Shown in pieces: positions 33,994 through 43,459 of a DNA stretch of 64,000 nt. The stretch is from Nitrospirota bacterium. Its GTDB lineage: Bacteria > Nitrospirota > Nitrospiria > Nitrospirales > NS-4. The notes under the pieces are model-generated. The model was not told the DNA's origin. It saw only the letters and a program-made list of their open reading frames with translations, and did no database searches. Both the position numbers and the translations under genes were made by a program. The stretch's first letter is position 1; each line of letters begins with the position of its first letter. The DNA lies in NCBI GenBank assembly GCA_963788195.1, contig CAWBGA010000017.1, positions 768,001-832,000 on the forward strand. The letters run 5' to 3'.

Positions 33994-36170
33994 GGATCCG
34001 GCATCTGGGTCTCAGCTTTCCGCAACCAACGATACGTGCGGCCAAGCAATCGTGCGGCCTGGGTCTTGTTGCCGCCGTTTTCTTTGATGGCGCGGCGGAT
34101 CAGGCTCCACTCGATCCTCTCGATGAAGCCGGTCAGACCCTTGCCGGACTTGAGTGCCTGAGTCACCAAGGGCCACTCCAGGCGTTCAACGACGTCCTCA
34201 AGCCCCGCCCCGGAGATCGGCGCCTGGGCTTCCCGCAGATTTGACGGCAAATACTCCGGACCGAGCATCGTCACCTTTGACGGTGCCAGCGTGATCGCCC
34301 GCACGAGCGCATTTTCAAGTTCCCTGATGTTGCCTGGCCACGGATATTTCATCATGATCTGTATAGTTTCGGAGTGTAATCCTCGCACATGCTTTTTTTG
34401 AGCGGCCGCGTGCCGTGCGATGATCTGTTCAGAGATGAGGGGGATATCCTCGATCCGCTCACGCAGTGGCGGCAAACGGATTGGGAACACATGCAGCCGA
34501 TAGAACAGGTCTTGTCGGAACTTGCGGTCAGCAACGAGTCCGGGCAGATCTTGATTCGTAGCAGCGATGATGCGGACGTCTACTTTAATGTCCTGCTGTC
34601 CGCCTACACGTTGAAACTCTCGTTCTTGCAAAACGCGCAGCAGCTTAATCTGCATCGCTGTAGAGATCTCGCCGATCTCATCTAAGAAGAGCGTCCCGCC
34701 ATCCGCCTGTTCGAATTTACCTTTTTTTTGCGCAACCGCCCCGGTAAAGGCGCCACGCTCGTGCCCGAACAACTCCGATTCCAGGAGAGTTTCCGCCAGC
34801 GCGCCGCAGTTGACTGCGAGAAATCGACCCCCGCGGCGAGGGCTCAGCTGATGAATGAGCCGTGACGTCTGCTCCTTGCCCGTGCCCGTCTCCCCCGTCA
34901 GCAACACTGTTGCATCGGTACGTGCCACCGTGCGCGCAAGACCGAGCAGATCCTGGAAGGCACGGCTTTGACCGATCATGCCCCCGCTTTCAGTACGACC
35001 ATAGAGTTCGTCACGCAGATGGGCATTCTCCTCGAGCAGGGCCCGGTTACGGATAAAAATGCCCAGGGTTCGGCGTTGGGTGCTTTGGAGTCCTCCGAGA
35101 TGCTCGAACAACCGCTGAGACATTGCCTGTTTTGGATTGTGGTCCAGAGGGCGCTCCGCTCGCTCGTCCCAGCAAAATCGATACCGCGTATATGGCGCAT
35201 CGAACAACGCGCCTTCCCGTAAAATGAATTCCAGCCGGCCGTTGCGCAACACTCCGCCGGTCACAATTTTCAGCGCGCTGTGCTCCCTCTTTTCCGTTTC
35301 TGCGCGATCAGAGGCCAACGCCCGACCTCCTTGCCAGCCCTCAACAGGTTCGACACCCAGTGCGTGTGATCGCGCGGTCGCGACAATCGTACCCGTGGCG
35401 CGCTCCTTGATGGTCAACAAACCGGCGCCTTTCTTTGTCTTCGCTTGATCAAGCAGGTACAGATCGCCAAACTCGGCGATAACCGTGGAAAGTTTTAGTT
35501 GAGAATATTCCTCTTCGCAGGATACTTTTTCGACGAACGGATAGAGCTTCGAGAACCCTTCTATATTGCCCTTTACCAGAAGACTCGTCCCGATCGCAGG
35601 CTCCACAGATGGCAGGAAACGAACCAGAATATACAGTGTCCTGATCTCGTCCGCGCGAGCAAACGCTTGCATCTCTAAGTAGTTGCTATAGGCAGGGCCC
35701 CAGAGCTTAGAGCATCGGACAACGGCGGTGACATCGTCGAGGTACCGAGCGATTGTCTCAATCAGCGCCGGTTGTCGGCCCTCAGTGCAGGCAAAAAACG
35801 CAAGGGCGGCACGGTAGGTGATATCTTTCTGCCCGCTGGCTACCTCGCTGCGTCGGATGAGCTCACGGAGGACGGCATAGGGAACCCAGTTGTTGGGATC
35901 GAGCAGGAAACTCCTGGGATCATGGATATGATCAAAGCCCTCTGCCGCCCCGATGACCCGTTGATAATCCACCTCTGCGGTGGCCGGCTGGACGCCATCC
36001 AGAAAGCGTATGATCATGCTCGTCAAGAAACAGGTGGCCCACGGATCCGCTACCTCTGTGACGTCCCCGACGGCGACAGACGGCGACGCATCGTGTTTGT
36101 ACTTCAACGCCGTCGGCATGGCTGAGGGTCCCAGTGCCTTAGTCGAGGCATCAGTCGCGGTCCAGGCCAT
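33990..36170 (-). CDS. Sigma54-dependent enhancer-binding protein with an unusual, non-receiver N-terminal region of about 390 aa
   Basis: GETGTGKE, ESELFGHERGAFTGA, FLDEIGE, WPGNIREL and a Fis-type HTH; no receiver motif at the N-terminus. Confidence 0.92.
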   Translation of the reverse strand: MAWTATDASTKALGPSAMPTALKYKHDASPSVAVGDVTEVADPWATCFLTSMIIRFLDGVQPATAEVDYQRVIGAAEGFDHIHDPRSFLLDPNNWVPYAVLRELIRRSEVASGQKDITYRAALAFFACTEGRQPALIETIARYLDDVTAVVRCSKLWGPAYSNYLEMQAFARADEIRTLYILVRFLPSVEPAIGTSLLVKGNIEGFSKLYPFVEKVSCEEEYSQLKLSTVIAEFGDLYLLDQAKTKKGAGLLTIKERATGTIVATARSHALGVEPVEGWQGGRALASDRAETEKREHSALKIVTGGVLRNGRLEFILREGALFDAPYTRYRFCWDERAERPLDHNPKQAMSQRLFEHLGGLQSTQRRTLGIFIRNRALLEENAHLRDELYGRTESGGMIGQSRAFQDLLGLARTVARTDATVLLTGETGTGKEQTSRLIHQLSPRRGGRFLAVNCGALAETLLESELFGHERGAFTGAVAQKKGKFEQADGGTLFLDEIGEISTAMQIKLLRVLQEREFQRVGGQQDIKVDVRIIAATNQDLPGLVADRKFRQDLFYRLHVFPIRLPPLRERIEDIPLISEQIIARHAAAQKKHVRGLHSETIQIMMKYPWPGNIRELENALVRAITLAPSKVTMLGPEYLPSNLREAQAPISGAGLEDVVERLEWPLVTQALKSGKGLTGFIERIEWSLIRRAIKENGGNKTQAARLLGRTYRWLRKAETQMPDP

Positions 36171-37515
36171 AGTCCTTGACCTTCGTCAGCAACGTCTTGT
36201 AGCTGACCTGCAGAATTTCAGCGGCTCGCGATTTATTGCCCCCCGTCTCTCCCAAGACCCGTTCAATGAGCTTGGTTTCCGCGGCGCGCGACGCCGCACT
36301 GCTCACCGCCTGCAACCCCGCGTTCATGGAGGGTTCCTCCACGCCAGGAGATGTCGTCATGTTCACCCCTAAGTGCTCGGGTTTGACGACACGGCCATCG
36401 CACAGGATCACGGCTCGCTCGATGCAGTTTTGCAGTTCGCGCACATTTCCTGTCCAGGGAAGACGCATCATGAGAGCCAATGCTTCCGGCGAGACGCTCT
36501 TGACGTCCTTCTTCAGCTCGCGGGCATACACGCCGAGCAGGTGCTCCACTAACAGAGGAATATCATCCCGCCGGTCGCGCAAGGGAGGCATCACGATGGG
36601 AAAGACATTCAGCCGGTAAAAAAGGTCCGCCCGGAATGTTTGCGTCGTCACTCCTGCTTCCAAATCCTTGTTCGTCGCCGCAATCAGGCGAACATCGGCC
36701 TTTACTTTGGTGGTGCCCCCGACGCGCATGAAGCGATCGCCTTCAAGGACACGAAGGACTTTGCCCTGCAAGCCCAGTTCCATATCGCCGATCTCGTCCA
36801 GGAAGATCGTGCCTTCATCAGCAAGCTCGAACTTTCCGATCTTGCGGGCTGTCGCGCCTGTGAAGGCGCCCCTCTCGTGACCGAAGAGTTCGCTCTCCAA
36901 AAGATCCTTAGGGATCGCCGCACAATTGATAGCGATGAAGGGACTATTCTTTCTGGGGCTCAGATCGTGAATCAACCTTGCGAACAACTCCTTGCCGGTA
37001 CCGCTTTCCCCGCGAAGGAGGACAGTGGTCGTTCCCCCAGCCACCTTTCTGGCCTTCTCCTGGGCTTCGGTAAGAACGCGGCTCTGGCCAATGAGCTTTG
37101 CTTCTCGCCTTTGCAGTAACTGTTCCTTCAGGAGGAGATTCTCCGTGACAAGCTGACGGGTCTCAAGCGCCTTGCCGATGGTTAACAATAGATGTTCTGG
37201 ATCGACCGGTTTCTGGAGAAAGTCGAACGCGCCCTCCTTAACCGCTTTGACTGCGGTCTCGATGGTCCCGTGTGCCGTCATCATGACGACCGGAATCATC
37301 GGGTTTTCGTCTTTTACAGCTTGCAGCACCTCTAATCCCGTTTTTTCTGGAAGTTTCAAATCCGTCAGGACCAGATCCACTTTATTCTGGCGAAACCAAT
37401 CCAGGCCGGCCTCAGCGTCCGGAGCCAGGATCACCTGGTGTCCCTCGATCTCCATGTGCCGCGCGAGAATCTTCGCCATTCGCTCATTGTCTTCGATCAG
37501 CAAAATAATGCTCAC
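36151..37515 (-). CDS. NtrC/PilR-family sigma54 response regulator
   Basis: REC domain (LIEDN, LTDLKLP), AAA domain with GAFTGA, HTH; downstream of a histidine kinase and pilD. Confidence 0.93.
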   Translation of the reverse strand: MSIILLIEDNERMAKILARHMEIEGHQVILAPDAEAGLDWFRQNKVDLVLTDLKLPEKTGLEVLQAVKDENPMIPVVMMTAHGTIETAVKAVKEGAFDFLQKPVDPEHLLLTIGKALETRQLVTENLLLKEQLLQRREAKLIGQSRVLTEAQEKARKVAGGTTTVLLRGESGTGKELFARLIHDLSPRKNSPFIAINCAAIPKDLLESELFGHERGAFTGATARKIGKFELADEGTIFLDEIGDMELGLQGKVLRVLEGDRFMRVGGTTKVKADVRLIAATNKDLEAGVTTQTFRADLFYRLNVFPIVMPPLRDRRDDIPLLVEHLLGVYARELKKDVKSVSPEALALMMRLPWTGNVRELQNCIERAVILCDGRVVKPEHLGVNMTTSPGVEEPSMNAGLQAVSSAASRAAETKLIERVLGETGGNKSRAAEILQVSYKTLLTKVKDYGLDRD

Positions 37516-38960
37516 GGATGCTCCCCCATCGGCAAATGGACGCGAAAAGTCGTGCCCTCGCCTTCCCGGCTTTCGACATCAATCCCTCCGTTATGCAACA
37601 GGATGATCTTATGCACCAACGCCAGCCCGAGTCCTGTCCCCTTGGTTTTCGTGGTGTAAAATGGAAGAAAAATCTTCTCGAGCCGATCACCCGGGATTCC
37701 TAAGCCGGTGTCACTAATTCGCAATTCTAATTCGCGGCGACTGGCCTGAGACTGCATCACTTTCGTCGCAATCTGAAGTTCGCCCCCCTTGGGCATCGCT
37801 TCGATTGCGTTCTGCACCAGGTTGCTCAATGCCTGGCGCATCAAGACCTCATCGATCGAGATTTGTCCGATGTTCGCCGGACAGCGGATCTCCAGATGAT
37901 GGGACGGAGTGGCGCACTGGGCCCATGCCTGTTCGACAACGCGTCTGAGCCATTGCTCGACCGTGACAGGGCTAAGATCGAGCTCAGTCTTTTTTGCAAA
38001 ATTGAGAAACTGTGTGATCAGATGATCCATGTCTGAAACGACATGAAGAATGGCGCTCAGGCTCTCTTGGGACGGGTCTTTCGCAGGGACCTGTCGCGCA
38101 GCCAATTTGGCGGCTCCCAGAATCGTGCCCATGAAATTGCGAAACTCGTGCGCAATACCGGCGGACATTTCTCCCAACACAGTCATGCGTTCCCGTAACT
38201 CAACCTGGGCCTGCAGTTCTTTGACTTCCGTAAGGTCCGTAAAAACAAACGTCGTGCCAATCAGTCGCCCGGCGCGATCCTTCAATAATGAAGTGCTGAC
38301 TCCCAACCAGATTCGCCGACTATCGGGCAGCTCTAATTTAAACTGCTCACGCGTGAGAATTTCGCCATGCCGGTGAGCGCGGTCTAACAACCCCCTGACT
38401 TTGCTGTGGGGCCCAAAGACCTCGGCACAAGTCTTTCCAATGGCAGTCTCCCGCTGGATCCGCAAAATTCGGCCGGCCGCTTCGTTAAAGGTCGTGACCA
38501 CGGAGTCCTCATTAAAAGTGATGACGCCGCTGGCCACGCTTCGAAGGATGTTCTCATTGTAACTTTCAATTTCCTGCGTGCGGGCCTCTGCTTCCGAGCG
38601 CAACCTGACCAGTTCATGCTCCTTCTCGCGCAAGCGGATCACAACGTCACGGAAAGCGTCGATGACGACGCCGGTGCGGTCGTGCTCAATAGCCACCGTT
38701 GGGGTCGAGGGCGTTTCCTCCTCGCCGCCCTGCCTCACGTTGACGAATCTAGAGACAACCCAGTAGAGGGCGGGAAGAAGCAGCAGAAGCGCGGCCAATA
38801 CCTTCATCAGCACACTGGCGGTGGGTTGTATACCCGCGATTCCGCGTGGGTCCAGAACCCGTTGCATCAGGAGGAGTTGAAAGGCCAGGGTCACGAGAAA
38901 CAGCACGAACAGGACCGTCCACCCTACCATGATCGGCCGCAGACGGTATCCGACCATGTT
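37512..38960 (-). CDS. Membrane PAS-domain sensor histidine kinase (PilS-like)
   Basis: Two TM helices, PAS domain, H-box AGIAHEFRN, N-box NLVQNAIEA, G-boxes DTGLG and GTGLGL. Confidence 0.93.
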   Translation of the reverse strand, partial: NMVGYRLRPIMVGWTVLFVLFLVTLAFQLLLMQRVLDPRGIAGIQPTASVLMKVLAALLLLLPALYWVVSRFVNVRQGGEEETPSTPTVAIEHDRTGVVIDAFRDVVIRLREKEHELVRLRSEAEARTQEIESYNENILRSVASGVITFNEDSVVTTFNEAAGRILRIQRETAIGKTCAEVFGPHSKVRGLLDRAHRHGEILTREQFKLELPDSRRIWLGVSTSLLKDRAGRLIGTTFVFTDLTEVKELQAQVELRERMTVLGEMSAGIAHEFRNFMGTILGAAKLAARQVPAKDPSQESLSAILHVVSDMDHLITQFLNFAKKTELDLSPVTVEQWLRRVVEQAWAQCATPSHHLEIRCPANIGQISIDEVLMRQALSNLVQNAIEAMPKGGELQIATKVMQSQASRRELELRISDTGLGIPGDRLEKIFLPFYTTKTKGTGLGLALVHKIILLHNGGIDVESREGEGTTFRVHLPMGEHP

Positions 38961-39751
38961 CACCCGCCTCCGCTGAGAATGTTTCTATACCAGCCCAAGA
39001 TCTCCTGACCGTAAAAGATCGCGACGACCGCTCCGAGCGATAGAAAGGGGCCAAAAGGAATCGGCTTCTCAAAGGACAGGCGCGTTTCGCGTTTGATCGC
39101 CCGGAGTCCCATGATCATGATCCCCACAACGGATCCCAGCACGCTGCCTAGGAAGATCGTAAGAATGGCCGGCACCCATCCAAGAAATGCTCCGATCATT
39201 GCGAGCAGCTTAATATCACCGCCGCCCATTCCTTCCTTGCCGAACAGGTACGGACTGATCCAGGCCATGAAGTAAAGTATGCCTCCGCCGACCACAAAGC
39301 CGAGTATGCTGTCCCACCAGTGCGGCAAGAGGAGGGTGCCGACCACAAGGCCTAGGACCATTCCCGGTATCGTGATGCGATCGGGGATAATCATGTGGTC
39401 CAGATCGATGAAGCTGATGACGATCAGAACCGACCAGAGCAGAAGGTAGGTGACTGTGGAGGCGGACAGTCCGAAGCGCCAGACGATCAAACCATAGCCC
39501 GCTGCGTTAAGGACTTCAACCAAAGGGTAGCGCCAGGAGATGCGGCGGCGGCAGGCCCGGCATCGCCCTCGCAGCAACACATAACTCAGAATCGGAAGGT
39601 TATCGTACCAGGAAATCATTGCGGCGCAGCCGGGACAGCGCGAGCGCGGCCACAGCAGCGACTCCTTCAGGGGAAGCCTATGAATGCAGACATTCAGGAA
39701 ACTCCCGATCAGTCCGCCAAAGAGAACTGCCGCGATCAGTTCGAAGGACAC
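38960..39751 (-). CDS. pilD: Prepilin peptidase/N-methyltransferase
   Basis: GSFLNVCIHRLP, two CxxC pairs, FIDLDHMIIPD, MGGGDIKL and IPFGPFL. Confidence 0.96.
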   Translation of the reverse strand: MSFELIAAVLFGGLIGSFLNVCIHRLPLKESLLWPRSRCPGCAAMISWYDNLPILSYVLLRGRCRACRRRISWRYPLVEVLNAAGYGLIVWRFGLSASTVTYLLLWSVLIVISFIDLDHMIIPDRITIPGMVLGLVVGTLLLPHWWDSILGFVVGGGILYFMAWISPYLFGKEGMGGGDIKLLAMIGAFLGWVPAILTIFLGSVLGSVVGIMIMGLRAIKRETRLSFEKPIPFGPFLSLGAVVAIFYGQEILGWYRNILSGGG

Positions 39752-39959
39752 AAGACCTGCAGATTCATTAATGCTCCTGGCCTAGATACTACTACCGAAG
39801 TAAAGGCTGACAGCCATTCTACGGGAACCCCACTAACGGAGCAAGACCCCTCCCAATTTTCCTGGTATGTGCCTTTACATATTTAATTGGATATGGGATA
39901 GTCCGTCGCCAACCTTGTATCTCACTGTTCTACGTAACGTAAAAGGAGTCTGAGGCGCT

Positions 39960-40193
39960 ATGGATAGAAGAAAGAAAAACGGTGTCGCGTCTTTGACCGA
40001 CCGGGAGCAGGAGATCCTCCAGTTAATTTGGAATGGCCTGAAGAATCGCGAGATCGGCGCGCGCTTGAAAATCAGCGTGAAAACCGTCGAGGCCCATCGC
40101 GCCAATATGATGAAAAAGCTCCGGGTGTCGAACGCCGCGCAACTTTTAAAGGCGGCTATCGAAGAAGGTTTTATCCGGTTTCGCCGCGCGTAA
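39960..40193 (+). CDS. Stand-alone LuxR/GerE-type HTH regulator
   Basis: LTDREQEILQLIWNGLKNREIGARLKISVKTVEAHRANMMKKL; 77 aa with no sensor or receiver domain. Confidence 0.92.
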   Translation: MDRRKKNGVASLTDREQEILQLIWNGLKNREIGARLKISVKTVEAHRANMMKKLRVSNAAQLLKAAIEEGFIRFRRA

Positions 40194-40956
40194 GTGGTTC
40201 GCCCCCGGCGCGTTGCCGAAGCACTTCATACAGAAGCACACCCGCCGCGACTGAGGCATTGAGACTTGAGAGCCGTCCCTGCATAGGGATGTGGATCCGG
40301 CCGTCGCAGTGTTCGGCGACAAGGGGCCGGATGCCCCGTCCCTCTCCACCAATCACAAGTGCTAAGCCGCCTCGATAGTCGAGGCTACGAAAGTCTTGCT
40401 TGGCCTCAATGTCCAGCGCATAGATCCACATATTTTCCCGCTTTAAACGTTCGATGGTTTGCGAGAGGTTCACGACCCGCGCGACCGGCACGTATTCAAC
40501 AGCACCCGCCGCCGCCTTCGCTACGGTCGCCGTCAAGCCTATCGCCCTGCGCTCAGGAATAATCACCCCATCGACCCCCGTGGCTTCCGCCGTCCTAAGG
40601 ATCGCTCCCAGATTGCGCGGATCCTCGATGCCATCCAGAATCAGAAGCAGTGGCTGTTTCTTCGGCGCTATGCCTTCAAGGAGATCGTCCAGCGAGACGT
40701 AGGCTTTGGCGGCGACGACCCCAACGGCCCCTTGGTGATGGGAGGAGCCGGTCAAATGATCGAGCGCCTCGCGGGGTCGAAAATCTACGGTGATACGTCT
40801 GGTCCGCGCAAGCCTGAGAATCTCATCGATCTCACGACCTTTTCGGCCTTGCTGCAGGTAGATTCCTTCAATGGGCCGATCCGCAGATCGGAGCGCCTCG
40901 AGGATGGGATGGATGCCGTATAACCGGTCACCGTGACTCACGCTCACCGCTTCCAA
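40171..40956 (-). CDS. rlmB: 23S rRNA Gm2251 methyltransferase RlmB (TrmH family)
   Basis: YGIHPI, HQG, DPRNLGAILRTA, GGEGRG and SLNASVA; follows cysS. Confidence 0.93.
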   Translation of the reverse strand: MEAVSVSHGDRLYGIHPILEALRSADRPIEGIYLQQGRKGREIDEILRLARTRRITVDFRPREALDHLTGSSHHQGAVGVVAAKAYVSLDDLLEGIAPKKQPLLLILDGIEDPRNLGAILRTAEATGVDGVIIPERRAIGLTATVAKAAAGAVEYVPVARVVNLSQTIERLKRENMWIYALDIEAKQDFRSLDYRGGLALVIGGEGRGIRPLVAEHCDGRIHIPMQGRLSSLNASVAAGVLLYEVLRQRAGGEPLTRGETG

Positions 40957-42431
40957 CGGGTGCTGCCATCGGATCGGTCCTCGATCATGATCCCCCGTGC
41001 AGACAACATCAGCCTGATCTCATCTGCCTTGGCATAATCCTTTCTTCTGCGCGCTTCGTTCCGGTCATCAAGTAGCCGTTCGATTTCCTTAATATCCAAA
41101 TCTCCACCGGGCGGCTCAAGCTGATCCGCAGCCGCCTGTGTAGGCTCCCAATGTACTTTGCTGAATTCCCATTCCATCGGAGACACCTGAAAGAGTCCCA
41201 GTACCTGGCCGAAATGCCGGAAGGCTTCGAGTGCGGCGGCGCGCAACTCGCGTGGTAGTCCTTCCTGCAGCCAGCGGTTGAGGTCGTTACGCAGGCTTTG
41301 AAAGTTAGCGATCACCACCGGCGTGTTAAAATCATCGTCCATTCCGCGCTCAAAATCCTCCGAAAAACTCAGCAGCCGTCTTTGAACATCTCCTTCTTGA
41401 TCGATCGCGGAGCCGGAGACCGCCGGTTCTTTGAGACGCACAAACAGATCGTAGAAGTTATCAAGACCGGCCCAGGCCTGACGAAGGGCGGCATCCGAAA
41501 AGTCAACCGGGCTCCGATAATGCGTGGACAGGAGGAAAAATCTGAGGATCTCGGCCGTCACCTGCTCCGACGCCGGAAACTTTTCGAAGATTTCGCGGAT
41601 CGTGAAGAAGTTCCCCAGCGATTTGGACATTTTTTCTCGATCGATCGTGACCAAACCATTGTGCACCCAATATCGCGCGAATTCCTTCCCGGTCGCGGTT
41701 TCCGATTGGGCGATTTCATTCTCATGATGCGGGAAGATGAGATCTTCACCCCCGCCGTGAATGTCGAACGTCTCACCCAGGTGACGGATGGACATTGCCG
41801 AGCATTCGATGTGCCAACCCGGCCTCCCGGGCCCCCAGGGGCTGTCCCAGGCAGGCTCGCCCGGTTTGGCGCTCTTCCAGAGAGCGAAGTCCATTGGGTG
41901 CCGCTTACGCTCGTCTATCTCAACACGCGCTCCTGCCTGCATTTCATCAAGCTTTCGCCTGGACAATGCCCCGTAGCGTGGAAACGCCTTGATTGCAAAA
42001 TAGACGTCCGAATCGATTTGATACGCAGCGCCTTTTGCGACGAGCGCCTGTACCATGTTGACGATGTCTTGCATGTGCTCCGTCGCTTTTGGTTCAACAG
42101 TCGCGTGTCTCACCCCGAGTTTACCCATGTCGCGGGAGTAGGCTTCGATATAGCGGCGAGTCACTGTCTGCCAGGGTACGGACTGTTCCCGGGCGCGATT
42201 GATAATTTTGTCGTCAACATCAGTAAAATTCTTAACGAATGTCAACTCAAAGCTCAAGTGCTCCAAATAGCGACGGATCATGTCAAAGCACACAGCGCTT
42301 CGCGCGTGGCCCAAATGACACTCGTCGTAGACCGTCACTCCACACACATACATCGTAACCCGACCAGACGCGAGCGGCTCAAAGAGCTCCTTCCTACGGG
42401 TCATGGTATTGAAGATTTTAAGTGCGCTCAT
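40944..42431 (-). CDS. cysS: Cysteine--tRNA ligase
   Basis: YVCGVTVYD, HLGH, GRPGWHIECSAM, FPHHENE and KMSKS. The true start is MSALKIFN, not the longer ORF that overlaps the tRNA. Confidence 0.97.
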   Translation of the reverse strand: MSALKIFNTMTRRKELFEPLASGRVTMYVCGVTVYDECHLGHARSAVCFDMIRRYLEHLSFELTFVKNFTDVDDKIINRAREQSVPWQTVTRRYIEAYSRDMGKLGVRHATVEPKATEHMQDIVNMVQALVAKGAAYQIDSDVYFAIKAFPRYGALSRRKLDEMQAGARVEIDERKRHPMDFALWKSAKPGEPAWDSPWGPGRPGWHIECSAMSIRHLGETFDIHGGGEDLIFPHHENEIAQSETATGKEFARYWVHNGLVTIDREKMSKSLGNFFTIREIFEKFPASEQVTAEILRFFLLSTHYRSPVDFSDAALRQAWAGLDNFYDLFVRLKEPAVSGSAIDQEGDVQRRLLSFSEDFERGMDDDFNTPVVIANFQSLRNDLNRWLQEGLPRELRAAALEAFRHFGQVLGLFQVSPMEWEFSKVHWEPTQAAADQLEPPGGDLDIKEIERLLDDRNEARRRKDYAKADEIRLMLSARGIMIEDRSDGSTRWKR

Positions 42432-42496
42432 TGAAATCGAACACTTGAGGCTTATGCGAGAGCGGTGAAGATATCGGTCTGGGAGCGTTGCATGAC

Positions 42497-42573
42497 TGGT
42501 CGGGGCGGCGGGATTTGAACCCACGACCACTCGCACCCCAAGCGAGTGCGCTACCGGTCTGCGCTACGCCCCG
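42497..42573 (-). tRNA. tRNA-Pro(GGG)
   Basis: CGGGGCGTAGCGCAG...CTCGC-TTGGGGT-GCGAG...GGTTCAAATCC...CCCCGACCA: cloverleaf, GGG anticodon, encoded CCA. Confidence 0.96.
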
Positions 42574-42606
42574 ACGTACATGCCGCTTGCCAAGTATGGC
42601 CTTGTC

Positions 42607-42984
42607 TTATGTCTGATCGTTCAACACCTTGAGCATTTCATTGAGGTCGTGTCGAACCCGCTTCAGGACTTCCAACGCCGCGCGCGAGGGCTTGCGTTCC
42701 TGCGTTCCTTGCCGAGTATTCCAACGGCGACGGAGTCCCTCGATTGTATAACCCTGCTCGTAACGCATCCGCTTGATCTGTACAAGTGTTTCGACATCTT
42801 TTTGAGTATAGACCCGCTGCCGCCCACGGCCTTTCTGAGGTCGAAGAAAGTCAAACTCCGACTCCCAGAATCGTAATACATAGGAAGGAAGGCCGGTGAT
42901 CTTACTGACCTCCCCGATCTTATAGAATAGTTTGTCGTTCTGGGAATTCCGCGGCGCCCCGTTGTTTCCTGAAAGTCCGCCCAT
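42607..42984 (-). CDS. MerR-family transcriptional regulator
   Basis: [27 protein letters not shown]; conserved ihfA-merR-tRNA-Pro arrangement. Confidence 0.92.
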   Translation of the reverse strand: MGGLSGNNGAPRNSQNDKLFYKIGEVSKITGLPSYVLRFWESEFDFLRPQKGRGRQRVYTQKDVETLVQIKRMRYEQGYTIEGLRRRWNTRQGTQERKPSRAALEVLKRVRHDLNEMLKVLNDQT

Positions 42985-43103
42985 GGCACGCCTAACCTGA
43001 TTGTTCATCCCGCCCCACCCTCGCCTCAGGTGACCATCATTTCACCCAGCTCTGGGCGGCGTTACAACAGGGCTTCGTTCATGTGAGTCACGGGAGGCAC
43101 GGA

Positions 43104-43376
43104 CTAATTCACAAACTTCTTAAAGATCTGGCTTGGCCTAAATGTCACAACGCGGCGTGGCGTGATTCCAATCTCCTCACCCGTGCGAGGATTCCGTCCT
43201 TTGCGCGGTCCCTTGCTCCGGATCACGAAATTTCCGAAGCCTGCGATTTTAAATGATTCTCCCTTTTGAAGGACGCCTTTAATCATATTAAGGACTAACT
43301 CGACAAGGTCGGCAGCTTCTTTTTTTGAAATGCCTACTTTTTCATAGATTTCTGTTGCCAGGTCCGCCTTCCTCAT
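43104..43376 (-). CDS. ihfA: Integration host factor alpha subunit
   Basis: KIAGFGNF, GRNPRTGEEI and RRVVTFRPS. Confidence 0.93.
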   Translation of the reverse strand: MRKADLATEIYEKVGISKKEAADLVELVLNMIKGVLQKGESFKIAGFGNFVIRSKGPRKGRNPRTGEEIGITPRRVVTFRPSQIFKKFVN

Positions 43377-43459
43377 CTGCGCTCCTCCCGTTCACACTTC
43401 GCCCAAAATGCGTCATTTTCCCTGAGAGTTCATTAAGATACGAAGCCCGCAGAAAGAAG

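Noticed and set aside
41298..42434. Long antisense ORFs, for example 41298-42434, 43325-44239 and 47623-48513
   Set aside because: They are antisense to well-supported housekeeping genes, as expected in GC-rich DNA.
42432..42536. N-terminal extension of CysS
   Set aside because: It overlaps the tRNA gene; homology starts at MSALKIFN.
42497..42573. Link between the local tRNA-Pro and the poly-Pro pilin
   Set aside because: The GGG anticodon reads CCC/CCU, but the tract uses CCG/CCA. The tRNA also sits in its usual ihfA-merR context.
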